Source of the DNA: Halobacteriaceae archaeon
GTDB taxonomy: Archaea > Halobacteriota > Halobacteria > Halobacteriales > Halobacteriaceae
DNA: 29,203 nucleotides
Direction of reading: 5' to 3'
NCBI GenBank assembly: GCA_042216675.1
Contig: JBDGTS010000023.1
Location: forward strand, 1 to 29,203
Shown here: one piece after another, positions 16,481 to 25,262 of the stretch
Position numbering within the stretch: the stretch's first letter is position 1
Layout of the letters: every line of letters begins with the position of its first letter
The notes under the pieces: model-generated
Told to the model about the DNA's origin: nothing
What the model saw: only the letters and a program-made list of their open reading frames with translations
Databases searched by the model: none
Translations under genes and position numbers: made by a program

Positions 16481-17475
16481 TGGCCCGCGTCAGCTACGCC
16501 TACCTGCTGAAGCGCATCGTCATCTCCGTGTTCGTCCTCTGGGTGACGGTGAGCCTGCTGTTTTTCCTCCTGAAGGCGATGCCGGGGAACTTCAGCCAGA
16601 ACTTCATCAGTCCCGCCATCGACCCGGAGGACCTGCAGGCACTCCGCGAGCGCTACGGCCTCGACGACCCGCTCTGGCTCCAGTATCTGAAGTGGATGCG
16701 GAACTACCTCACGCTCCAGTTCGGCTACTCGACGCTGAGCCCCACCCCCGTCATCGACATGGTGAAAGCGCGACTCCCGCGCACGCTGGTGCTGTTCGGG
16801 ACGGCGTTCCTCCTGCAGTATACCGTCGGAACGCTCGCGGGCATCAACTTCGGCTGGCGGCGGGGGAGCCGTACCGACCAAGCCGGCTTCGTCGGCGGTC
16901 TGACCCTGTACAGCATCCCGTTCTTCTGGGTGGGCTGGATCCTGCTCTTCTTGCTCGCCTACGAGCAGTTCGGGGTGGCGTGGTTCCCCATCGGGCGGAT
17001 GACGACCACGGGGCAGGCCCAGTACACGGCGCTCTCCCTGCTGATGGACGTGGGCTACCACCTCATCCTGCCGGCGGCGGCGCTGGTGATGGTCGGGTGG
17101 GCGGGCGCGATGCTCGTGATGCGCACGTCGATGCAGGAAGTCGTGGACGCCCCGTACATCCAGACGGCGCGGGCGAAGGGGCTCCCGCCGTCGGTGGTGA
17201 AGTACAAGCACGCCGCGCGGAACGCGCTCATCCCCGTGGCGACGCAGGCCATCGTCGGCATCGCGTTCATCGTCGACGGCGCCGTCATCGTGGAGTCCAT
17301 CTTCTCGTGGCCGGGGATGGGGCAGATGCTCATCAACGCCATCTTCGACAAGAACTTCCCCGTCGCCTTCGCGGCGTTCTTCGTCCTCGCGGCGCTGGTG
17401 ATACTGATGCACCTCGTGTTGGACTTCGCGTACACCGTCCTCGACCCGCGAATCAGGTTCGGTGAGTCCCAATGA
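16480..17475 (+). CDS. dppB: Dpp/Opp ABC permease
   Basis: YGLDDPLWLQY, YIQTARAKGL, HAARNALIP and VESIFSWPGMG. Confidence 0.92.
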   Translation: MARVSYAYLLKRIVISVFVLWVTVSLLFFLLKAMPGNFSQNFISPAIDPEDLQALRERYGLDDPLWLQYLKWMRNYLTLQFGYSTLSPTPVIDMVKARLPRTLVLFGTAFLLQYTVGTLAGINFGWRRGSRTDQAGFVGGLTLYSIPFFWVGWILLFLLAYEQFGVAWFPIGRMTTTGQAQYTALSLLMDVGYHLILPAAALVMVGWAGAMLVMRTSMQEVVDAPYIQTARAKGLPPSVVKYKHAARNALIPVATQAIVGIAFIVDGAVIVESIFSWPGMGQMLINAIFDKNFPVAFAAFFVLAALVILMHLVLDFAYTVLDPRIRFGESQ

Positions 17476-18455
17476 GCGAGGCCGAATCCGGCACCGAGTC
17501 CGTGTTCGCCCGCATCAAGCGGCGCCACCGCGGCGCGTTCGACTCGCTCGGCCGCGGTTGGGAGCGCTTCCGCCAGCACCGGATGGGCGTCGTCGGCCTG
17601 ACGCTGTTCGTCGCCATCGTCGCGATGGCCGTGCTGGCGCCGGTGCTGGCGCCCCACGGCGTCGGCTGGCAGGCCCCCGAGACGAGCGAGTACAGCTTCG
17701 ACGACGAGGGCAACATCGTCACCGAGGGCGTCATTCACCCGGCGGGGCCGGCGCTCGGCGGCCTGACCGGCGACGACTACGTGGCACCGCTCGGCACGAC
17801 GGCGGACCGCCACGGCGTGTTGACCCAACTCATCTTCGGGTCCCGAATCGCGCTCTACATCGGCCTGACGGCGGGCCTGCTGTCCTCGCTCGTCGGCGTC
17901 CCGCTCGGCCTCGTCAGCGGCTACTACGGCGACACGTGGGTCGACGAGTCGATTCAGCGGCTCATCGACGTGATGTACGGCCTCCCGTTCTTGCCCCTCG
18001 TCATCGTGCTGGTGGCGGTGAACGGCATCAACACGACGAACATCATCATCGCCATCGCGCTCAAGTCGTGGACGAACAACGCACTCGTCATCCGCGGGGA
18101 GACGCTGTCGCTGAAAGAGCGCACCTACGTCGAGGCGGCGAAGGTGTCGGGCGCCTCGGACACGCGCGTCGTCTTCCGGCACATCCTGCCGAACGTGTTG
18201 CCCCTCGGCTTCGTCTACCTCGCACAGGACGCCGCGTTCGCCATCCTCACGCAGGCGAACCTGGCCTTCCTCGGTCTCGCGGACTCCACCGTCGTCTCGT
18301 GGGGCACGATGCTCCAGCAGATTCAGCTCGCGGGCGAGGTGTACAGTGCGCCGTGGTGGCTCCTGCCGCCCGGCATCATGATCACGCTGTTGGCCGCGTC
18401 GTTCTACTTCGTCGGCTACAGCCTCGAAGACGTCATGAACCCCCACACGGACTGA
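17472..18455 (+). CDS. dppC: Dpp/Opp ABC permease
   Basis: YVEAAKVSGASD (EAA loop), RHILPN, LAFLGL, SWGTML and WWLLPPG. Confidence 0.92.
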   Translation: MSEAESGTESVFARIKRRHRGAFDSLGRGWERFRQHRMGVVGLTLFVAIVAMAVLAPVLAPHGVGWQAPETSEYSFDDEGNIVTEGVIHPAGPALGGLTGDDYVAPLGTTADRHGVLTQLIFGSRIALYIGLTAGLLSSLVGVPLGLVSGYYGDTWVDESIQRLIDVMYGLPFLPLVIVLVAVNGINTTNIIIAIALKSWTNNALVIRGETLSLKERTYVEAAKVSGASDTRVVFRHILPNVLPLGFVYLAQDAAFAILTQANLAFLGLADSTVVSWGTMLQQIQLAGEVYSAPWWLLPPGIMITLLAASFYFVGYSLEDVMNPHTD

Positions 18456-18868
18456 TGACTCGGACACCCATCACCGCCGACAGCGAGACGCGCTTCCTGC
18501 TCGGCGTCGTCGCCGGCGCCGTGACGCTCGCGGCCGGCCTCGTGTCGCTGATTCTCGCGTTCTCCGTCACCGTCTCGAACCCGGTGACCGAACTGTCGGC
18601 GGCGGCGCACTCCGTCGCCTTCTACGGGTCGCTCGTCGTCCTCGGCGGCGCGTATCTCGGCCGCGAACACAGCCCCCGACGCGCGAAACTGGTCGCGGCC
18701 GTCGCGGCCGTCGCGTTCGTCGCGACGGGAAGCACCGCGTTCGCGCCGCGGTCCGGGTCGCCGCGCGTGTCACAGGTCGACCGCTGGCTGCTGGGCGCCG
18801 TCTCGCTCGCACTCCTCGCCGCGGGCCAGTGGCTCGTCCGCCGCGCCGCGCAGGAGGTGGGGTGGTGA
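18455..18868 (+). CDS. Hypothetical membrane protein (about 4 TM, 137 aa)
   Basis: ATG overlaps the dppC stop (TGATG). Four hydrophobic stretches, beginning MTRTPITADSETRFLLGVVAGAV. Confidence 0.7.
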   Translation: MTRTPITADSETRFLLGVVAGAVTLAAGLVSLILAFSVTVSNPVTELSAAAHSVAFYGSLVVLGGAYLGREHSPRRAKLVAAVAAVAFVATGSTAFAPRSGSPRVSQVDRWLLGAVSLALLAAGQWLVRRAAQEVGW

Positions 18869-19080
18869 CCGGCCCGGCCGAGACGCTGGCGACGCGCCTC
18901 TCCCGGGAGGACCCCGTCACTCTCGCCGTCGGCACCGCGTACGCCACCGGGGCGGCCGGCGTCGCGACGGGACTGCTGGGCGGGCCACACGGCGCCTCGT
19001 CGGCGACGGTGGCGCTCCTCGCCACCTCCTTTCTCGCGCTCCTGTACGCCTCGCTCACCGTCGTCGCGCGCCGCGCCTAG
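18865..19080 (+). CDS. Small membrane protein (2 TM, 71 aa)
   Basis: GGAGGTG SD and a GTGA overlap with the preceding gene. Two hydrophobic segments. Confidence 0.65.
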   Translation: MTGPAETLATRLSREDPVTLAVGTAYATGAAGVATGLLGGPHGASSATVALLATSFLALLYASLTVVARRA

Positions 19081-19256
19081 CGCACGACGGCGAACAGGAC
19101 AGCGTAGGTGACGACGAGCAACCCCGCGAGCGCCAGCGGCACCGCGAGAAACGGGTAGTAGCCGGCGGCGTGGCCGAGATACGCGAGCGTCACGCAGACG
19201 GGCACCACGACCAGCAACGAGAGGCTGGCGACGAGGCGGCGGAGCGGCGGCGTCAC
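19077..19256 (-). CDS. Small membrane protein (2 TM, 59 aa)
   Basis: GTGA overlap with the dppF stop. [59 protein letters not shown]. Confidence 0.65.
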   Translation of the reverse strand: MTPPLRRLVASLSLLVVVPVCVTLAYLGHAAGYYPFLAVPLALAGLLVVTYAVLFAVVR

Positions 19257-20278
19257 TCCTCGGAACTCCACGAGGCCGGGTCCGCGGGCGTGTTGCCGCC
19301 CTCGTACAGGTGGCAGGTGGTCCGGTGGTCCTCGCCCACCGCCCGGTGGTCCGGGTCGATGCCCTCGCACACGTCGCCGATGTACTCGGGACAGCGCGGG
19401 TGGAACTTACAGCCGGCGGGCGGATTCTCGGGCGACGGTATCTGTCCCTCGATGCGACTGCGATTTCGCCCGCCGCTCGGGTCCGGCACCGGCACGGCGT
19501 CGAGGAGCGCTTGCGTGTAGGGGTGTTTCGGGTTCGTGATGACTTCCTCGGTGGGGCCGAACTCCACCACGTCGCCGAGATACATGATGGCCACCTTGTC
19601 GCACATGTAGCGGATGAGCGAGAGGTCGTGGCTCACGAACACGTAGGTCAGCCCGTACTCCTCGCGGAGGTCCTTCATGAGGTTCAGCACGCCCGCACGG
19701 ATGCTCACGTCGAGCATCGACACCGGTTCGTCGGCGACGACGAAGTCCGGGTTCACGACGAGTGCGCGCGCGATGGCGACTCGCTGTTGCTCGCCGCCTG
19801 ACAGTTCGCGCGGGAAACTGTCGAGATACTGCTCGGGCGGTTCGAGGCCCGCGTCCGCGAGCGCTCGGCACACCCGCTCGCGTCTGTCCTCGTAGCCCTC
19901 GCCAACGTCGTTCGTCTTCAACGGCTCCGCGACGGCGTCGTGGACGGTGAACCGGGGGTTCAGACTCTCGTAGGGGTCCTGAAATATCATCTGGACGCGC
20001 TGGCGGAACGACTGCTCGGCCGTCACCTCGTCGTAGGGGGTCCCCTCGAAGTACAGTTCGCCCGACGTGGGTTCGTACAGGTCGACGAGCAGTTTGCCCA
20101 GCGTCGTCTTGCCACAGCCGGATTCCCCCGCGATGCCGACGATGTCGCCCTCCTCGACGGTGAGCGACACGCCGTCGACGGCCCGGACCGGGGACGCCTC
20201 GACGCCGAACAGGCGGTCCGTGAGACTCCGGCCACCCCCGAAGTGCTTCACGAGGTCGGCCGCGTGAATCAGCGCCAC
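19253..20278 (-). CDS. dppF: Dpp/Opp ABC ATP-binding protein
   Basis: [29 protein letters not shown] and C-terminal [11 protein letters not shown]. Confidence 0.93.
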   Translation of the reverse strand: MALIHAADLVKHFGGGRSLTDRLFGVEASPVRAVDGVSLTVEEGDIVGIAGESGCGKTTLGKLLVDLYEPTSGELYFEGTPYDEVTAEQSFRQRVQMIFQDPYESLNPRFTVHDAVAEPLKTNDVGEGYEDRRERVCRALADAGLEPPEQYLDSFPRELSGGEQQRVAIARALVVNPDFVVADEPVSMLDVSIRAGVLNLMKDLREEYGLTYVFVSHDLSLIRYMCDKVAIMYLGDVVEFGPTEEVITNPKHPYTQALLDAVPVPDPSGGRNRSRIEGQIPSPENPPAGCKFHPRCPEYIGDVCEGIDPDHRAVGEDHRTTCHLYEGGNTPADPASWSSEE

Positions 20279-21273
20279 GTCTCCTCCTCCGTGGCCGCCG
20301 CGCGCATCTCTTCGACCCTATCGAGGTGGTAGCAGGCCGACTCGTGGCCGTCCGCAACCTCGAACAGCGGCGGGTGCCCGTCCTCGCACTCCGCGGTGGC
20401 GAACGGACAGCGGTCCCGGAACCGACAGCCGGTGGGTGGCGCCTCCAGCGACGGCGGCGTTCCCGGAATCGACACCAGCGCCTCCTCGGCCTCCTCGACG
20501 TTCGGGAAGGAGTTCTTCAGCCCCATCGTGTAGGGGTTCGCGGGCGCGTCGAACACCTGCTCCGTCGTGCCGACTTCCATCAGTTTCCCACCGTACATCA
20601 CGCCCACGCGGTCACACGTCTCCGCGATGACGCTGATGTCGTGGCTGATGACGAGGAAGGCCACGTCGAGTTCGGCCTGCAGTTCCTCCAGTTCCGCGAG
20701 GACTTGGTCCTGCACGATGACGTCGAGGGCCGTCGTGGGTTCGTCGGCGATGATGAGGTCCGGGTCGCAGGCCAGCGCCATCGCGATCATCGCGCGCTGT
20801 TTCATCCCGCCGCTGAACTGGTGGGGGTAGTCGTCGGCCCGTTCGGGGTCCACGCCGACGCGTTCGAGGAGGTCCTCCGCGCGTTCGGCCGCCTCGAGTT
20901 TCGTCGTCTCGGGTTCGTGGTGCTGGATTGCCTCCACGATCTGGTCGCCGACCTTGTAGACGGGGTTGAGACCGCTCATCGACCCCTGCGGGACGGTGGA
21001 GATTTCGGCCCAGCGCACGTCGCGGATTTCGCTGTCCGAGAGGTCGGTCAGGTCGCGGTCTTTGAAGCGAATCTCGCCGTCGGCGACGGTGCCGTTCTCG
21101 TCGAGGAGGCGAATGATGGCGCGGCCGAGTGTACTCTTCCCGCTCCCGGACTCGCCGACGAGGCCGACCGTCTCGCCGCGGTCCACGGTCAGACTCACGT
21201 CGTCGACTGCGTGCACTTCGCCGCCGTCGACGCTGTATCGAACGGACACGTTCGAGATGTCGAGGAGGGCCAT
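20269..21273 (-). CDS. dppD: Dpp/Opp ABC ATP-binding protein
   Basis: GESGSGKS, YPHQFSGGMKQR, ADEPTTALD and GCRFRDRCP. Confidence 0.93.
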   Translation of the reverse strand: MALLDISNVSVRYSVDGGEVHAVDDVSLTVDRGETVGLVGESGSGKSTLGRAIIRLLDENGTVADGEIRFKDRDLTDLSDSEIRDVRWAEISTVPQGSMSGLNPVYKVGDQIVEAIQHHEPETTKLEAAERAEDLLERVGVDPERADDYPHQFSGGMKQRAMIAMALACDPDLIIADEPTTALDVIVQDQVLAELEELQAELDVAFLVISHDISVIAETCDRVGVMYGGKLMEVGTTEQVFDAPANPYTMGLKNSFPNVEEAEEALVSIPGTPPSLEAPPTGCRFRDRCPFATAECEDGHPPLFEVADGHESACYHLDRVEEMRAAATEEETWR

Positions 21274-21333
21274 GGAATCGCCGTTAGGGATACACCGGGC
21301 GGAGACGGTATTAATCCTTGCGACGGGCTAGCA

Positions 21334-21615
21334 TCAGTCGCGGTCCTCCGCGTCGAGGGGCGAGAAGCGCTCGTCGAACTCCGAGTTGGGCTCAGAGTCG
21401 TCCTCCGTCTCCCCGGCCGACGCTCGCTCGGCCCGCCGCTCGACGGTGTGGCCCACCGCGACGAGTGCGACGCCGCCGCCGATGGCCGCGACTGCCGTCG
21501 GCGACGTGAGGGCAATCTCGCCGCGCACCACCGCGCGGTGGAGGCCCCACCCCACCGCGATGGCGCCCGTGAGGGTGAGCGACGACCCGACTGCGCCCGC
21601 GAAGCCACGAAGCAC
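21334..21615 (-). CDS. Hypothetical small membrane protein with acidic C-terminal tail
   Basis: Two hydrophobic segments followed by ETEDDSEPNSEFDERFSPLDAEDRD. It fills the gap between dppD and sdhC. Confidence 0.6.
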   Translation of the reverse strand: MLRGFAGAVGSSLTLTGAIAVGWGLHRAVVRGEIALTSPTAVAAIGGGVALVAVGHTVERRAERASAGETEDDSEPNSEFDERFSPLDAEDRD

Positions 21616-21695
21616 ACGCGTTCTTTGCCACCGGCCGGAAAAGGGCTTGGGGCCTTATGGCAACTTCTTTGTGAGCGGGGTCCTGAGCACCGGTT

Positions 21696-22121
21696 ATGAG
21701 TCAGACGCACGACCGGGGCCGGATCGAGGACTTCAGTCGGTGGCTGGAGTTCGACGCCGGCATGTGGGCCTGGGTTTTCCACAAGTTCACGGGGTGGGTT
21801 CTCGTGGGCTACCTGTTCACTCACATCGCCGTGCTGAGCACCGCCATTCCCGCCGCGACGGCGGGGTCGGAGGCCATCGTCTCCGGGTCGGACACGTACA
21901 CGCAGACCCTGCAGGGCCTCGAAGGCGTCCTGTTGGTCCGCTTCCTCGAAGTGGGACTGCTCGCCGTCGCCGTCTTCCACATCCTCAACGGGGTTCGGCT
22001 CCTGTTCGTGGACGTGGGTCTCGGCCTCGAACAGCAGGACAAGACGTTCTACGCCTCGCTCGTCCTCACGGGCGCCATCGTGGTGGCGAGCGTCCCGACG
22101 TTCCTGGAGGGGGCGATCTGA
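21696..22121 (+). CDS. sdhC: Succinate dehydrogenase cytochrome b subunit
   Basis: [12 protein letters not shown] and [10 protein letters not shown]. First gene of the sdh operon. Confidence 0.93.
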   Translation: MSQTHDRGRIEDFSRWLEFDAGMWAWVFHKFTGWVLVGYLFTHIAVLSTAIPAATAGSEAIVSGSDTYTQTLQGLEGVLLVRFLEVGLLAVAVFHILNGVRLLFVDVGLGLEQQDKTFYASLVLTGAIVVASVPTFLEGAI

Positions 22122-22122
22122 G

Positions 22123-22491
22123 ATGGCCGAGCGCTACTCCTCGTTCACGCCGGGGTCGACGCTGTGGCTCCTCCAGCGAGTCACGGCCGCGTTCCTCGTC
22201 GTGACGCTCGCCTTTCACTTCTTCCTCCTGCACTTCTACAACCACGCCCCCGAAATCACGCTGCAGGGGAGCGCCGGTCGCATGGAGGTGCCGGCGTACT
22301 TCGTCACGATGATTCTGTTCCTCGCCACCGCGGCGTTCCACGGCGTCAACGGCGTCTACAACGCCCTCATCAACGCGGGCCTCGACGGGACGCCCAAGAC
22401 CGTCGTGAAGTGGGTCCTCGTCGTCGCCGGCGTGGCGCTGGTCGCACAGGGAATCCGGGTAGCCCTCGCACTCGCGGGAGTTCAAGCATGA
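22123..22491 (+). CDS. sdhD: Succinate dehydrogenase membrane anchor subunit
   Basis: WLLQRVTAAFL and FHGVNGV, three TM segments. Confidence 0.92.
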   Translation: MAERYSSFTPGSTLWLLQRVTAAFLVVTLAFHFFLLHFYNHAPEITLQGSAGRMEVPAYFVTMILFLATAAFHGVNGVYNALINAGLDGTPKTVVKWVLVVAGVALVAQGIRVALALAGVQA

Positions 22492-23366
22492 GCACGCACT
22501 CCGACGCCGACGCTGACGCAGAGACCGAGGCCGACGCGGACGCCGAGCCGGGCCCGCAGGCCCGCCGGATGGCCGCGAAGGCCGAGAACCGGGCCGAACG
22601 CGAGGCCGCCGAGGTCGAGGCGGCCGCGACCCCCGAGGGCGAGACGGTCCACCTCAAGGTGTTCCGTTACGACCCCGAAATCGAGGGGAAACAGGAGCCT
22701 CGCTTCGACGACTTCCACGTGCCGTTCGAGGAGGGGATGACCGTCCTCGACGCCCTGATGCACGCCCGCGACGAGTACGACGCGAGCCTGACGTTCCGGC
22801 ACTCCTGCCGGCAGGCGGTGTGTGGCTCCGACGCGTTCTTCGTCAACGGGAGCCAGATGCTGGGGTGTCAGACCCAGATTTCGGACCTCGCGGAGCCGGT
22901 TCGCATCGAGCCGCTCCCCCATCAGGAGGTCATCAAGGACCTCGTCGTGGACATGCAGCACTTCTACGACCAGATGGAGGCCGTCGAACCGTACTTCGAC
23001 GCCGACGAGACGCCCGACGACGAACTCGAGGAGCAGCGCCAGACCCGCGAGAACCGGGAGAAGGTGAAGATGTCCACCCGGTGTATCTGGTGTGGCGCCT
23101 GCATGTCCTCCTGCAACATCGCCGCGGGCGACAACAAGTACCTCGGCCCGGCGGCCATCAACAAGGCCTACCGCTTCTACTTCGACGAACGGGAGGGCGA
23201 AGAGCGGCAGGCCGAGCGCATGGACATCATCGCGGAGAACCACGGCGTCTGGCGCTGTCAGACCCAGTTCTCCTGCACCGAGGTGTGTCCGAAGGACATC
23301 CCGCTGACCGAGCACATTCAGGAACTCAAGCGCGAAGCGGTCAAGAGCAATCTCAAGTTCTGGTGA
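22488..23366 (+). CDS. sdhB: Succinate dehydrogenase iron-sulfur subunit
   Basis: SCRQAVCGSD..C, CIWCGACMSSC and CQTQFSCTEVCP. The ATG at 22488 overlaps the sdhD stop. Confidence 0.95.
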   Translation: MSTHSDADADAETEADADAEPGPQARRMAAKAENRAEREAAEVEAAATPEGETVHLKVFRYDPEIEGKQEPRFDDFHVPFEEGMTVLDALMHARDEYDASLTFRHSCRQAVCGSDAFFVNGSQMLGCQTQISDLAEPVRIEPLPHQEVIKDLVVDMQHFYDQMEAVEPYFDADETPDDELEEQRQTRENREKVKMSTRCIWCGACMSSCNIAAGDNKYLGPAAINKAYRFYFDEREGEERQAERMDIIAENHGVWRCQTQFSCTEVCPKDIPLTEHIQELKREAVKSNLKFW

Positions 23367-23370
23367 TACG

Positions 23371-25203
23371 ATGAAGGAACACGACGTACTCGTCATCGGC
23401 GGCGGCGGCGCGGGACTCCGCGCGGCCATCGCCGCCAACGAGGAAGGCGCGGACGTGGCTATCGTGACGAAACTCCACCCGGTTCGCTCCCACACGGGCG
23501 CGGCGGAGGGCGGTATCAACGCCGCGATTCAGGAGGAAGACTCGTGGGAGGACCACGCCTACGACACGATGAAGGGGTCGGACTACCTCGGCGACGCCCC
23601 CGCCATCGAGACGCTGTGTCAGGACGCCCCCGAGGACGTGATTCAGGTCGAACACTGGGGCATGCCGTTCTCCCGCGAGGAGGACGGGCGCGTCTCCCAG
23701 CGACCGTTCGGCGGCCTCTCGTTCCCGCGCACCACCTACGCGGGCGCCGAGACGGGCCACCACCTGCTCCACACGATGTACGAGCAAGTGGTCAAACGCG
23801 GCATCACCGTCTACGACGAGTGGTACGTCTCGGACCTCGCCGTCACCGACCACGAGGACCCGGCGGACCGCGAGTGCTACGGCGTCGTCGGCTACGACAT
23901 CCGCACGGGTCAGATGGAGGGCTTCCTCGCGAACGAGGGCGTCGTCATCGCCACCGGCCCGCCCGGACAGATGTTCGATCACACGACGAACGCCGTCTCC
24001 TGCACCGGCGACGGGCAGGCGATGGCCTACCGCGCGGGCGTCCCCCTCGAAGACATGGAGTTCGTCCAGTTCCACCCGACGACGCTCCCCTCGACGGGCG
24101 TCCTCATCTCCGAGGCGGTCCGCGGGGAGGGCGGCATCCTCTACAACAACGAGGGCGAGCGGTTCATGTACGAGCGCGGCTACGCCACGAACTGGGGCGA
24201 AGTCGCGTCCCGCGACGTGGTGTCTCGCGCGGAACTCACGGAAATCAACGAGGGGCGGGGCTTCGAGGACGACTACGTCCTCCTCGATATGCGCCACCTC
24301 GGCGAGGAACGCGTGCTGGACCGCCTCGAGAACATGGTCCACCTCGCGCGTGACTTCGAAGGCGTGGACGCCCTCGAACAGCCGATGCCGGTCAAGCCCG
24401 GCCAACACTACGAGATGGGGGGCATCGAGACGGACGAGAACGGCGCCACACTCATCGACGGTCTCTACGCCGCGGGTGAGGCGGCCTGTGTCTCCGTCCA
24501 CGGCGCGAACCGCCTCGGCGGCAACGCCCTGCCGGAACTCATCGTCTTCGGCAAGCGCGCCGGCACGGCCGCCGCCGGCGGTGACCTCGGCGAGGCGGAA
24601 ATCACCACCGGCCGCACCGAGGACGCCGAGAGCGGGGCCGTCGACACCGACGTCCCCCTCGGCGAGGTCAGCGGCGGCGAGGACGTGGCCGCCGACGGCG
24701 GCGCCGTCACCGCGGACCCGGAGACCGTCGTGGAGCGCACGCTGCAGGCCGAACGCGAGCGCGTGGAGACCCTCCTCGAACGCGACGAGGGCGTCTCCCA
24801 CTCCGACATCCGCCACCGCGTGCAGCAGTCGATGACCGAGAACGTCAACGTGTTCCGGGAGGAGAGCGCCCTCCGCGACGCCCTCGCGGACATCCGGACC
24901 GCCCGCGAGGACTACGAGGACGTGTACGTCGAGGACCCCTCGCGCACCTACAACACCGACGTGATCCACGCCATCGAGACGCGGAACCTGCTGGACCTCG
25001 CGGAGGCGCTCACGATGGGCGCCCTCGCCCGCGAGGAGTTCCGCGGCGCGCACTGGCGCAAGGAGCATCAGGAACGCGACGACGAGGAGTGGCTGAAACA
25101 CACCCTCGTCGAGTGGAACGGCGGCGACCCGAACCTCTACTACAAGCCCGTCATTCTCGAGGGCGAGTCCAAGCGCTACGAACCGAAGACCCGGTCGTAC
25201 TGA
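23371..25203 (+). CDS. sdhA: Succinate dehydrogenase flavoprotein subunit
   Basis: GGGGAGL, RSHTGAAEGG (covalent FAD His), QFHPT, SEAVRGEGG, VHGANRLGGN and REEFRGAH. Confidence 0.96.
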   Translation: MKEHDVLVIGGGGAGLRAAIAANEEGADVAIVTKLHPVRSHTGAAEGGINAAIQEEDSWEDHAYDTMKGSDYLGDAPAIETLCQDAPEDVIQVEHWGMPFSREEDGRVSQRPFGGLSFPRTTYAGAETGHHLLHTMYEQVVKRGITVYDEWYVSDLAVTDHEDPADRECYGVVGYDIRTGQMEGFLANEGVVIATGPPGQMFDHTTNAVSCTGDGQAMAYRAGVPLEDMEFVQFHPTTLPSTGVLISEAVRGEGGILYNNEGERFMYERGYATNWGEVASRDVVSRAELTEINEGRGFEDDYVLLDMRHLGEERVLDRLENMVHLARDFEGVDALEQPMPVKPGQHYEMGGIETDENGATLIDGLYAAGEAACVSVHGANRLGGNALPELIVFGKRAGTAAAGGDLGEAEITTGRTEDAESGAVDTDVPLGEVSGGEDVAADGGAVTADPETVVERTLQAERERVETLLERDEGVSHSDIRHRVQQSMTENVNVFREESALRDALADIRTAREDYEDVYVEDPSRTYNTDVIHAIETRNLLDLAEALTMGALAREEFRGAHWRKEHQERDDEEWLKHTLVEWNGGDPNLYYKPVILEGESKRYEPKTRSY

Positions 25204-25262
25204 CGCGACTCGCCGGGACCGCCTCTTTCTTGTCGGCTGGGGCCGAACCGCCTGCATCAGAG

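Noticed and set aside
22495-22550. GACGCC-type short repeats at the sdhB 5' end
   Set aside because: They encode an acidic low-complexity tail (DADADAETEADADAE), which is ordinary in haloarchaea and not a CRISPR or regulatory repeat.
22800-22870. Asp in place of the third Cys in the SdhB [2Fe-2S] motif (CRQAVCGSD)
   Set aside because: Known variant, also present in E. coli SdhB.
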